Positions 32,723-44,369 of a stretch of 64,000 nucleotides of DNA are shown piece by piece. Source of the stretch: Picochlorum sp. SENEW3 (Eukaryota). The position numbers were made by a program, and so were the translations under genes. The DNA lies in contig CP120454.1 of the NCBI GenBank assembly GCA_034226945.1, positions 1,054,001 through 1,118,000 of the forward strand. Reading direction: 5' to 3'. How positions within the stretch are numbered: the first letter of the stretch is position 1; every line of letters starts with the position of its first letter. A model generated the notes under the pieces. That model saw only the letters and a program-made list of their open reading frames with translations. It was not told the origin of the DNA and did no database searches.

Positions 32723-34240
32723 TTACACGTCGCATTTGAGAAGGAGATTTTGAATAACTGTCTTTTGTTTTCCTGTAAATTGAGGCATACAATGCTGGCC
32801 AATCATGGGGACTGGGATACTCTTTCGTATGGAACTGCGTTCTTCCTCTGACGTGTCAGAGGATGACAAAAGCTTCTCTTTCGACTGCAAATTGCTCTCG
32901 AAAAACTTGTACAGGTGCTCGATACCTTCGGACCATGAGTTTCCATGCGAATCGTCGGATACTGTGTTATGCAGTGCAAATTCTGCTCCCCTTGCAAGAA
33001 GCGTTGCTATGATATCACAGGCCCAAGGTTTTCTGTCTGTATCACTTGCTGTTTCACCCGGACTGAAGAACGATATGCTATCCGAGATACCTGCATGGCT
33101 GAGAGCGACCATTGCGTCTCCCAAAGCATGTGGAGATTTGATGCTTGAAAGGACACCCATCATCGCTGTAGCAAGAGATGAAAGTGATTCTACCATCTCT
33201 TTTGCTTGCACTGGGTTCTGAGAACTTTGAAGAAGCTCTGATCGATAAATTGTGCCGATCCTACGAAGCAACGCCCATAGTATTCTGTAATTAGCTGTAA
33301 CCTTGATGGATGAGTCCCTGTTCATCTCTTCAGGGGGGAATGTGATCTTCATTGCCCGGATTGCCAGTGTGATGCCCTTATTTCTGGATAACAGTTTGAG
33401 AAAGACACTATCTGAGTCACCTTTTCCTTGTGGGTGCTCTGAAAGGCGAAGGGATGATGCCAGACCCTCTACAAGAAGTGTTCTTCGCTGCTTCAGGGCA
33501 TCCTTGTTCTCCAAGTTCTCCCCCTTTGATGCAATGAAAATCCTATCTACATCCTCAACATCAAGAATTAACGCCATACAGTCTTCTATCATGATTCGTG
33601 CAGCTAATGCTGGCTCTTGCTCCAATCGCTTTGCATGGGGTTTTGATGTATCCTCTCTGTCCTCTGTGGCTTTGTTCACAGACTCGACGGACACATCCAT
33701 CAAAGGACGAGGCCTCCTGATGTTTGAAAACGCAACTCTACCCAATCCCTCCAACTTGACAAATGCAACATTTTCTGCAGCAACTTTTTCTGTCGGGGCC
33801 AATTCTCGTACGGATTCTGGGGCAAACACATCACTGTTCTTGCCATCATAATATTTGGATACAAAAGCCTGATAGTAGTAATCTTCAAGGTATGGCGGTG
33901 CCATATGCAATGCTTTTGATTGCATAAATAAGATGGAGTCAATTTCATCACGAAACATGAAGCGAGAGGAGCGTTTCTGTCCATTGAACACAGGTTTCTT
34001 GATTGGACTGGTCTTCTCAGCCAAGTTCAATGCCCTCAACCTCTGTGCAAGGGTATTATGATCTTGTACTCCAGGTGCCGTGCCTTGTGTAACAAACTGC
34101 GGCTGATGCATCATCTCACCATGTTGCACTGGACGCGGCTGTTGCCAAGCTCCTGGCTGCTGCATTGGAGGAGGAGGAGGAGGAGGCATTTGCTGCACTG
34201 GTGGCTGAGGAGGAGGCATCTGCTGCACGGGTGGCGGCAT

Positions 34241-34280
<40 letters not shown>

Positions 34281-35170
34281 ATGATCATATCCGTAGTAAA
34301 CACTCCCATTTGACGCTGAGAAGGAGGCTGCATTGGAGGACCTCCAGACACAGGTGGAGGAAACATCCCTCCCATCCCCTGTGGAGGCGGCGGTGGACCT
34401 GATGAATACCCATATCCTTGAGTTGGTGGCCCACCACCTCTAAGCTGTGCTTCCAGTTCCTGCGCAGTAAGAGGACCCTTCATACCACTAGTTTGAATAC
34501 CACTATGTGGTGGGAGCGGTGCCTGCCCAGGTGGTTGGGGAGGACCAGGAAAAGGAGCCTGAAGAACCCCTCGTGTCCCAAACCCTCCCTGCTGCTCATA
34601 AGACGCCCCAAACCCTTCCTCATGGGAAGGCGCACTGGCCGCCAATAGCCCACCAAGTGCAATACTCCCAGACGCAAACGCAGAAGATGTGTCAACCTTT
34701 GTCTCCTCCTCAGCCATCATCTCTGCTAATGGGTCAGCCTCAGTCTCAAAGGTCTCATCACCCTCAAACACACCATCTCCCTTTCCAAGCACATTCGCAA
34801 ACATGCTCGTATACGACAAGTCAGCCGTCACATCCTCCTCCTCCGCTTCGATCCCATCAACAAGCGCCTCTTCCTCTGGCGGAGCATCCAAACCATCCTC
34901 CAAAGCGCCGCCCAGTTCCTCGTCGTTGACAGCACCCAAGTCTCCAAAAAAGCTAAACTGAAACGCCTCCGTCGCCGAAGCATCCCCATGCGCATCGTCC
35001 TACATGCCATTAAAATACATATGAAAACACCGTACATTCAGATGGCAACAGATACCTTTCAAAGCCTTGAACATGAATCGAACGCAAAACAATGACTTCA
35101 TCAGTCAGCCGAAAACACACACCTCCACAGCTGCGCTTACAAACCCAGTATCATCCATATATGGATCCAT
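32723..35170 (-). CDS. PAT1: mRNA decapping activator PAT1 (exons 35170-35141, 34999-32723)
   Basis: Acidic N-terminus, Pro/Gln-rich middle, FMFRDEIDSILFMQ...PYLEDYYYQA, LGRVAFSNIRRPRPLMDV, AARIMIED. Confidence 0.88.
34243..34280. repeat. (CAG)n microsatellite encoding polyQ in PAT1
   Basis: About 12 gct/cag units. Confidence 0.9.
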
Positions 35171-35526
35171 AAAGATGTCTGACTATCCTTTCCTACCACT
35201 CAAAGCGATCTTCACGAAAGATCCACCAATTGTGCTGCAGACACTCTTGCAGACCCCTTGATTCGCAATGATTCCCTCACCAAAGCACTCGAACACGTGC
35301 TACTATATATTTTAATATCAACTATGGTGCTGCACAAGGGTGCTCGGCATGGAAGACAAACTTCTGATGATGTACGAAATGTTCTAATTAAGAGTGGCAG
35401 CGTTTCTGAATGTGTCTTGCCATGGTCTCCTTTCCTCTCATTATTATTCCATGTCTACTTTATTATTACATGGTGGAAAAATTTCCTATCAAATACGTAT
35501 ACCATGGAATGAGCGTGTGCTGAGCC

Positions 35527-36468
35527 ATGTATAACGGTACGTGTAGCCCAAGTTTTCTTTTTCTCTTTCTCTTTGTCTCACACACAACAGCATTCTGACC
35601 ATTCGCGCATGTAATTTTTTTTATGTGTTGTAGGAATTGGATTGACGTCCGTGCGAGGGACGGGGACGAGTGGGTATGTCCAGACGAACAAGTTCAACTT
35701 GAGGGGAGGACCAGACAGAAGAGAAACTGAGAGGAGAGGTCACGGGAAGGAGGGTTCCCAGAAAGGACATGAGGTCAAACCAAATAAAGATATCATAGAT
35801 CATAATAGAAAGAGGGAGTTGGAGGTCAAGGTGATGGAGTACAGAATACAGTTGGAGGATGACGAGTACGTGTGTGTTGTGGATGTCTTGTATTATGATG
35901 GTTGCATGTGCCATGATGATGATGATGTTGGTGTATGTGTAGGCTTCCTGAGGATGAAATTGAATCGAAAGTAGAGCAATATAGGAAGGAATTGATAGAG
36001 AAGGAGAACGCGGGGGATGGAGTGGACAAGAGAGAAGAGGGGAAATTGGATGATACGCATGAAATTGCAGCAAGAAAGGTGAAGCAGATGGAAAAGATGA
36101 GGGATGCGCTTGGGTTCAGAGAAGATATTGTTGAAGGAGAAGCATTTGATAGAGAATTACAGCAGCGTCGAAAGGAAGAGCGAATTGCTGAGAGAAAGCG
36201 GAGGGAAGAGGAGAGGATTCAGGGGGAGATTGAAAGAGAAAAGGAACTGGAACGGAGGGAGAGAGAGATTCGAAAAGCTCACGAGGCGGGATACTATGAA
36301 AAGCATGAGCGTCCAGATAGGTATGATGGGGATGTAGGAGCGCATAGTTCTGATTCATATACATCTGGGTCGTCTCTCTCCCGTTCACCCCCACGGCGTC
36401 GAAGAACAAGGTCGTATTCCAGAAGTAGATCAAGATCCTATTCCAGAAGTAGATCAAGGTCTCGTTGA
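35527..36468 (+). CDS. CWC21: Splicing factor CWC21/SRRM2-like (exons 35527-35536, 35634-35865, 35943-36468)
   Basis: Spliced N-terminus MYNGIGLTSVRGTGTSGYVQTN; IIDHNRKRELEVK; C-terminal RS repeats. Confidence 0.93.
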
Positions 36469-36594
36469 TGAAATATTGAACAGTAATGTTACACCATGTG
36501 ATATACCTGCCTGCAGAATAGTATGCGTATTATACCGAGACAATGATTCAACATCCCACTACTGCCATATGTGCATATATATGCCATGTTGTGT

Positions 36595-36986
36595 TCACCA
36601 AAGAGAGGTGACCAAGGCAAACAGACAGGCGGCAGCAGACATGGCAAGAGCACCAGATGTCTCCACCTCCCCTGCGATACCATCCTCTCCCGTCACCGTA
36701 GAGGTAGCATCTTTGATGCAAGCGACCCTTTCATTTGCATCATTGGTGCAAAAACACTCGCCATTGTCGAGCAAATTGTTCGGATATCCATCCGGGCAGC
36801 TGTAACAGACTCCTCCAATCTGCTGCGAGCACTCTGCTCCATACACTGCATCATACCATTTATTGACACATATAATTGTTATAAAAGCAATCGATACGGT
36901 ATCGAATCAATGGTTTGATGCGTACCGAAACGTCCCGCGGTGGCAAGGACAATCAACAAGGAAAAGATGCACTGAATATACTTCAT
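36595..36986 (-). CDS. Small secreted Cys-rich protein, putatively GPI-anchored (exons 36986-36926, 36845-36595; 103 aa)
   Basis: Signal peptide MKYIQCIFSLLIVLATAG, six-Cys core, Ser/Thr/Gly linker, hydrophobic C-terminus. Confidence 0.7.
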
Positions 36987-37241
36987 CGTGGCTTCTGAAA
37001 GGATTATGATCTGAAGAACGCAAATATTTTCGATTGATTACAAGTTATTTGAGGAACAAAAAACAGAATTGATTACAGCACGCCGGCCGACGGTGATTCT
37101 CCACGCAGATTCAATCTTAACGGGGTCAATATTGATTAATCATTGGACCCAGACAATAAATTGCATGTGACAATCACTTGGTCATATGATCAATGATCAA
37201 TGATCGATCTAGATTGCGCAATCTTGACGTGCCAATGCATG

Positions 37242-38210
37242 TTACACAATCTTGTCAATTTCAGCAGCAGCCTCATCTACCAGGGCTTTATTCTTTCCTT
37301 CAACGACAATCTTCACTCTATAGTCTAATGCATCATTCCCTGCTGGGTTGGACATGTTCCACTTTGTATTCGGATACGATCCGATCCTTGCATCCTTGAA
37401 CTCTGCTGCTATACTTCTCAGTGGTTCTGAAAAATCCCCTTCTCCCATCTGAGAGAACAATTCTCTGGTAAATATCTCCCCATGCCCTCGAAACACATCC
37501 GCATGATTTTCAATCATGGTTGTGAAAAGGCGTGGAATCCCTGGTAAAATGTAGACATTACCTCCACAGCAACACAGCGGCACCCAAGAATTTTCTGGAG
37601 GTGGCAGCACCGTGCAGGGACTTGGTAACTGAGCCATCCGCAGCCTGGCCTCATTCAGCTCAATATTCCTTTCAGCATAATGCACCTTCATACGCTCAAC
37701 CGTCTCCTGATGCAACTCAATGGTCAAACCCAAAGCTTTCGCAATCGCCTGGTATGAAATATCATCATGCGTTGGGCCTATACCACCTGATGTAAAGACA
37801 AATCCATTCTCTGAAACTTTCCTTCTCAACCTGAGAAGACTGTCTCCAATATCCTCAAATGTGTCTGGCACAAACTCTACTCGCACCAAATCCACCCCCC
37901 TAGCACGTAGAAACTTTGCCAGCCATGGTGTATTTGAATCCTGAACAGATCCCGAGAGAATCTCGTCGCCAATGACCATGAATGCAGCCTTTACAGTGTT
38001 CACATCGTCTCCAGGCTGTTCTGGTGCTCCAGCAAGGGTGCTGTGGCGATGCGCCCATCGTCTGTGTTGCGATGCTATCGTTCTATATTTCTTAATATTG
38101 GTAATCCTGGCGGTGTGCGTCCATATGGATCCAGGGCCAGACCATGTGGATGTCGAGTGTCGTTGTGACAAACCTGGACACTTGGATACGAGTGCTGCAA
38201 ATAATCGCAT
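37242..38210 (-). CDS. Molybdopterin-binding (CinA/FAD synthase MPTb-like) domain protein with organellar presequence
   Basis: VIGDEILSGSVQDSN, FTSGGIGPTHDDIS, RLRMA.LP, NVYILPGIPRLF, IGSYP. Confidence 0.88.
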   Translation of the reverse strand: MRLFAALVSKCPGLSQRHSTSTWSGPGSIWTHTARITNIKKYRTIASQHRRWAHRHSTLAGAPEQPGDDVNTVKAAFMVIGDEILSGSVQDSNTPWLAKFLRARGVDLVRVEFVPDTFEDIGDSLLRLRRKVSENGFVFTSGGIGPTHDDISYQAIAKALGLTIELHQETVERMKVHYAERNIELNEARLRMAQLPSPCTVLPPPENSWVPLCCCGGNVYILPGIPRLFTTMIENHADVFRGHGEIFTRELFSQMGEGDFSEPLRSIAAEFKDARIGSYPNTKWNMSNPAGNDALDYRVKIVVEGKNKALVDEAAAEIDKIV

Positions 38211-38512
38211 TATCCTAGTATTCTACCAATCATGGATGAAAATATACATCATCTATTTTTTGAATATTGGAGGAACGATGGGTTGGATATAATCCCATGC
38301 AAAAAGGAACAAGAGGATCTTACTGGCTGTCATGCCATGATGGTGGTGGGTGCCCTCTCTTTCTCTCTTTCTACTGCTGAGAGCTTATTATCCTTGTTAT
38401 GATTACAGGGAAGAAAAAGAAGATTATTATTATTTCAAACACCGAAGATGTATCAATGGATATGTACCATGGTGCAGTAGTAAGGTACATGAAAACAGAA
38501 ATGAATGAAGGG

Positions 38513-39108
38513 TTATTCCAGACATGTCTCATAGCCTTTGAGAGGCAATGTCATCGAGCTAAACTCGACAACCTTCCAAATGCCATCGTCGTTCCTTTTC
38601 AGAGTCATTGGTCTCGCCGATAATTCTTCCTCTCCACTCCATACAAAGACTTTGTATCTCCCTGAGGCAATGCTGCCGACGTATTTGGTCTGATCTCTGA
38701 ATCGTAACCGCATCTCATCCTTGTCTGGGATGCGGTAGCAGGTGTCTGGAGAGGTGCCGTCGACGTATGCTCTCGCCATGAATTCATGTACCCTTACTAG
38801 ACGATACCTGTCAGCTCTACTCAAATCTCCTCTCACCAGATCGTCCTCAAAGATTGCGTGCGTCATGAATTCTTCGCCCAATTCTGTACCTTTGATGTAT
38901 TCAATCAGTGCTTGTATGAAGATCAAGGCGCCTCCCTGTGGGGTTGTCAGTCTCTTGGTTTTCGATAAATTCATCGAGATTTTCTGGCATTGGTAGGTCG
39001 ACCGAATAGGATGACGTTTTCTGTCCATTGTTGTTCTTGTGCTTGGCTTTTGAAGCGCCTAGCGTCAGGAGCACACAGAGGAGTATAGAGTATATATATC
39101 GTCCTCAT
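38513..39108 (-). pseudogene. Bacterial-type (DUF6935-like, from recall) secreted-protein gene with two apparent frameshifts; 38513-39028 is open from an internal ATG
   Basis: TTPQGGALIF, ARAYVDGTSP..CY, YKVFVWSG, RPMTLKRNDDGIWKVVEFSS; the signal peptide and PENLDEF segment lie in other frames upstream. Confidence 0.55.
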
Positions 39109-39306
39109 AGTTGTAGCACTAATAATACTATCCGACGTGTGATAACTTTTATGGAAGTCAAAGTTTAAAAAGAAAAGAAGCATTCTTTTCGTGCGTGCTA
39201 TTGCGGTGTCATCATGTATAATCGACCCCGTTCCGATACCCAGTAGTACTGTGTTGGATTTGGAAAAAAAACGATGGTGTTGTATTTAATACAAGTTATA
39301 TATATA

Positions 39307-40638
39307 TTACGTTGATTTCGAGTCCTTCTTGAGCAGCGCATTACGAAATTTTTTCATGGTTTTCACATGTGATCTGGATGCGTGGATGCCTTCTTGGCGT
39401 AACAGGTCTTCTTCATGGCAGGATATAAATTCTTGCTCACCCTCCATCATGACCCATTCGCCCCCCAAAGAATCTGTTTCTTGTATGGCCTGTTTCAACT
39501 TGGCTCGAGTCTCCCGTAACGCTATTTCTTTATCTACCATTCGTTGCTTCTCATTCCTGAATTTTTCAATTCTATTCATGGGCAAGCGTCCGATGCCATC
39601 AAAGGCAATGTGAAGCAGTTCATCTCGGTCATACTCCTTTGCAGCAGCAGCCCGCATGTTCCGCAGCAGCTCTCCTGAATTCTCCGCTGCCAAGAGGATG
39701 GATTCATGGAGTTTCAAAAGCGCTATTGAGATTCTATATAATATTTTGGGCCCTTCTGAAAACAGGGCGTCCCATATTCTGAATGTCGTCTCTGCCGGCA
39801 GGGTTGTTGAGAAGAGACACAGGAACCATTCTGTTGCCAGCATGGTCATCCCACACTCCAACCCTCTCATATGTTTCGCAAGCTTTGGAAGCTTTGATTC
39901 CACCAACATATCCAAACTTCTCATTTCGACGTGACATCCAGACAAATTATTCGCGTACAAATCGTGATAGAGTATCCCATCTCTAGTATCATGCCCAATA
40001 AGACAACACATGGTCCAAAATGCTGCTTCTTCGTCATATTCAAGAGCCAAAAGCAGCATTGCTGCTACATAATTCATCCCTTGACAGTAACCAATCACCA
40101 TATTCTCGGCTGAAAATGCATACAGGACGCGCTTCAACGACACTTGTCCAACATCACTCTGAATCCACTGATTATTCGGAAAGGTTCTGGGCACATCAAG
40201 ATCAATCTGGCGTCTACAATTCTCATTCAATTTACTCTTTTCAATATAATACATATATCCGAAAGTACCCGAGGCATGCTTTATAGCATGTGCTCCTGAT
40301 AAATGCAACCATACATGTTTCCTCAGTTCTGGTGGAATCCCTCCCCGACACAATTTCTTCACAGCAGCAGTATGCTGCAGCGATTCACTACTGTGTTGAC
40401 GCAGCTCTTCATTCCATCGAACACTCTGTTTCTGCTCCAGTCTCAAACATCGAAGAATATTTTCCTGATCCTCAGAATCAATTTCAATCTCAAACCCATA
40501 TGCATCATGGAATTGGACACTGCTGGTGTTGTTCCCATTGACATCTGATTCATCGTCAGCACGCTCCTCAGTATCCCCATGCATTTTTTTATGCATCCTA
40601 TTCTTCCTCATGACCACCGTCTGTGCTTTCTGCAGCAT
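39307..40638 (-). CDS. TBC-domain Rab GTPase-activating protein
   Basis: GIPPELRKHVW, QIDLDVPRTFP, GYCQGMNY, RIWDALFSEG. Confidence 0.95.
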   Translation of the reverse strand: MLQKAQTVVMRKNRMHKKMHGDTEERADDESDVNGNNTSSVQFHDAYGFEIEIDSEDQENILRCLRLEQKQSVRWNEELRQHSSESLQHTAAVKKLCRGGIPPELRKHVWLHLSGAHAIKHASGTFGYMYYIEKSKLNENCRRQIDLDVPRTFPNNQWIQSDVGQVSLKRVLYAFSAENMVIGYCQGMNYVAAMLLLALEYDEEAAFWTMCCLIGHDTRDGILYHDLYANNLSGCHVEMRSLDMLVESKLPKLAKHMRGLECGMTMLATEWFLCLFSTTLPAETTFRIWDALFSEGPKILYRISIALLKLHESILLAAENSGELLRNMRAAAAKEYDRDELLHIAFDGIGRLPMNRIEKFRNEKQRMVDKEIALRETRAKLKQAIQETDSLGGEWVMMEGEQEFISCHEEDLLRQEGIHASRSHVKTMKKFRNALLKKDSKST

Positions 40639-41173
40639 GACAAATTCTCCTTCAGAATTGTGTGTCTACCAGATTGTTGTTTGTTGGAGGCAATAAACCA
40701 AAAAAGCACATCCTGCGTACCACAGCCCTGCCTAGCCCCAATGTAGCATCCTTGACTTTTTCTGTAACGTCAATCTGATCACGCTTCATTCGATAACGAA
40801 TATAACAGCCGTATAAAGCAACCAGCTACCTGCAACAAGATTTTTCAAGTGGCTTGTTTCATCCCGCCTTCTTGTCACTATCCACTATCCCGTGATTTGA
40901 AATCAATCCTACGTGATATCTCTTCTTTATAAAAAAGAAGTAAAGCACAATGACGATGCAACACGACATCCGGATGGATCCGGATCCATCAAAATGTTCT
41001 ATTTACGAAGAGACCCCCCCTGGAGCCAAAAGCTCGACCGTGTGATGACAGCCTTGTACGCCTGCAGGCACCTCCCTAAGCTATAACCTCTTTTATTTGA
41101 TAGGATATTGTTTCATACGTCGTAAACCTGTTCTTCCAAGAGTTCATATCGCCTGGTATCGACAAACAATACA

Positions 41174-42004
41174 ATGTTTAGCAAACTGTTTGGAGAAAAG
41201 AAAAAGTCCTCAATACAGGTCGGAGGAGGAACATCTTCTTCAACAACGATAAAGCAGAGTAAAGAAGTAGTTCAAACGATGAATGCGTTAGAAAAGTTAC
41301 AATTGGTGCGTGATGTGTGAATCCAATCGGTCGAAACAGGACACTTGAGGTTTTACATGGCTCCTTGGTTGCAGGCTAGCGATAATCTTTTGAAAAAGAA
41401 GGATTACTATCATGTTCGGATTGAGAATGAAGTAGCAAAGGCGAAAGAGTGTCTGAGAAAGAATGATAAACACGGAGCTACCATGGCTTTGAAGCGGAAA
41501 AAGATGCTGCTGGCAAAGACAGAGATGTTAGAGAATAACTACTTGCAGATACAAGAGCATATTCTTGATTTGGAGAGTTTGCAGACGACGACAGAGACGT
41601 TTACAGCTATGAAGGAGGCTGCTCGTGCTCAAAAGACTGCCATGTCAAAGCATAATGTGGACAAGGTGGAGGATATGATGGCTGATCTGACTGATGCGAA
41701 GCAAACGATGCAGGAAGTTCAGGATGCTTTTGAATCGTATGGCACACTTAAGGATGGAATAGATGAAGATGAACTGGCAGATGAACTTGCAGCAATGGAA
41801 GAAGAAGAGTTGAATGAGGAATTGTTGAGACCAGTTGAAGGAATATCTGTGAGTCGAAAGACAGAGGAGAGGATTAGAACGAGTGCAGTGAAAGAGGAAG
41901 AGCTGCCAGCTGTGCCAAAGGAGCGTCCAGTGCGACCGAGCGAGACAAGAGTAGGTAATGCATCCAAAGAGGCTGAGGAACTCTTGGCTGATCTTGCACT
42001 GTAA
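41174..42004 (+). CDS. ESCRT-III SNF7/VPS32 family protein (intron 41306-41374)
   Basis: MFSKLFG..., ALKRKK, VDKVEDMMADL, DEDELADELAAME. Confidence 0.88.
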
Positions 42005-42132
42005 TTTGGTTTGTACGATAGTTTTGTAATTTGAAATGAATTCATTCAGTATTATTCAATCAGATAAATAGATAGTTGAGTTGTTTATAGTCTCTGTACC
42101 TTTAGAACTGCGTTGCATGCGCCTTGTCGGGG

Positions 42133-43050
42133 ATGGGTAGAAATGACAGACCAGAGGAGACTGCTCCTCCCGAGATATTTTACAATGATACAGAAGCTAG
42201 AAAATACACTGATAATAGTCGAATAATCAAAATACAGACTGCATTGACAGAAAGAGCGTTGGAACTCTTGGCTCTGCCTGAGGATGGGACTCCCAAACTC
42301 TTGCTCGATTTGGGATGTGGATCTGGGTTGAGTGGAGAGGCATTAAGTGAAGAGGGACATATATGGGTGGTACGTATCGATCTATACTGGTGTCAATGAG
42401 AGACTCCTTTCAACATCAATGTTGTGCAGGGAACTGATATCAGTCCTCACATGCTTGAGGTTGCAACTGAAAAGGAAGTTCAGGGGGATTTATGTCTGCA
42501 GGATTTAGGGCACGGTGTTCCATTTCGAATGGGAACATTCGATGGTGCCATCTCGATATCGGCGGTGCAATGGTTGTGCAATGCTGATACAAGTGCGCAT
42601 GATCCAAGGAAAAGGCTGAGGCGTTTCTTTGAAACACTGTATGCGTCTCTGGCCAAGGGGGCAAGAGCGGTACTGCAGATATATCCTAAAAATACTGAAC
42701 AGGCGTCGATGATTACGAATGCAGCCATGCGTGTGGGTTTCAGTGGGGGCCTGGTTGTGGATTTTCCTCACAGTACACGAGCAAAAAAATACTTTCTCGT
42801 GCTCATGGTAGGCGGCACGACGGCTGTCCCTCAGGGTAAAATGGAAGGTGATGACATGTATGATGACGGTGATGTTGCTCCGCGCACAAGTGTGAAAGTA
42901 CATGATAGAAAAACGCGGCGCAGAAAGGGTGACAAGGTCAAAGGAAAGGCTTGGGTTTTGAGAAAGAAGGAGCAGCAGCGATATAGGGGACAGGCTGATG
43001 TGCGCCCTGATAGTAAATATACTGGGAGAAAACGAAAAGATAGATTTTAA
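42133..43050 (+). CDS. BUD23: 18S rRNA m7G methyltransferase BUD23/WBSCR22 (intron 42370-42429)
   Basis: [56 protein letters not shown]. Confidence 0.96.
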
Positions 43051-43072
43051 ACGAAAAGAACCATGCATGTAT

Positions 43073-43957
43073 TTACAAGCAGCTCTTCCAGTGTGCATCA
43101 TCAATTGTAGAGTACAAATGTCCTTCATCCACCAATCTGTTGATGGATGCCATGACAGTTCCGTGGTCGAACCTGTTATTCGAGTGCATGATGATGTCAG
43201 CTACAGTGAGACCGGTATCAGAACTCGTGTCAGCGGTGTTGAAAATATTGAGCACCTCGGTATCCACTGGAGCCATGCCACCAGGCATTCCAGTTGGAGC
43301 TGGGGCAGTTGGGTTTGCCGCTGCAGGCATTGCCTGCTGTGGCTGCCCAGCGCTTCCTTTTGTCAAATGCAAATGCTGGAAAATCACCTGACTTAGATGA
43401 TAGGTAACCTCATTATGGTCTGTAATTGGCCTAATGGAAAATGCATTAATCTGACTGTCATTCATGTACTGATGGATATGCCCAAACACTCTGACATAGA
43501 TTCCATTTACCAACTCAGCACGCTGTTGACGCTCCAAATCTTCATTTCCGTCATTGTTGATAAACATCTTGACAGCAATGCACCCAGTCCCATCATCCAA
43601 TGTCATGTTGAAGGTCACCTGATCTTCCTTCACATTCGACACTTTACCCACCAAGGCAACCTACATAGAACAGATATGTGTCACACGATTATGCCGTGCC
43701 TGAACGTATGTATGGCTTGCATTCTTTAATTCACGCACATTTGAAATCTCTTTGCCATCAACCATGATGCCCTCTGCCCCACTGGATTTTATCCCATCAG
43801 ACAACTGCTTCACAGTTAAACGACGAACAGACTGACTCTGTGAATCATATGATTTCTTTGGCCCCGTATTCGCACCATCCTGTGCGCCTGGGCTCGGCAT
43901 AAAACCTCCCCCGTGAAAAGGCTGACTTCCTTCAGCCCCGAACGCTTCTCCAAGCAT
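43073..43957 (-). CDS. RPA2: Replication protein A 32-kDa subunit (intron 43661-43738)
   Basis: GGGFM N-terminus, LDDGTG, D.NEVTYH, winged-helix end LVDEGHLYSTIDDAHWK. Confidence 0.93.
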
Positions 43958-44369
43958 GGTTATCTCAAAACAGGCTCTGTACTATATTGGATTATTATTT
44001 TATATCTATACACGAGTGTTTGCGTGGATAGTCAGTCGAAATAGAAGCAGTTGTAAATTTGAAATTCCTCTTCACCAACGACCGATCAAACAAAGAGATT
44101 CCGGTCGAACTGACAATCGCCTATATTAAGGGATACACCACAGTACCTTGAATTTCAACCACTATTTTATATGTAATACGTTACTTGTAAAGAATACCCG
44201 CGGTGGCAGCAAATGGTTGAAGAATCATCCGCATATTTCAAACTGAGATCAACCCTCCCATCACACAATCCCTTGGATGGGAAACGAGACTGTTGGGATG
44301 AATCGCATATAGTGGATACTCTGAACTCAACTCTTGGACCCACCACAGGTGGCTCTCTTTGCTAGAACA

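Noticed and set aside
36405..36465. Direct repeat tattccagaagtagatcaag
   Set aside because: It encodes the RS domain of CWC21; not CRISPR or a mobile element.
645..43050. Apparent RNA-processing cluster (RtcB, RRP1, PRP6, PAT1, CWC21, BUD23)
   Set aside because: The genes are interspersed with unrelated ones, as expected from housekeeping gene density. RtcB is the ordinary intron-containing eukaryotic type.
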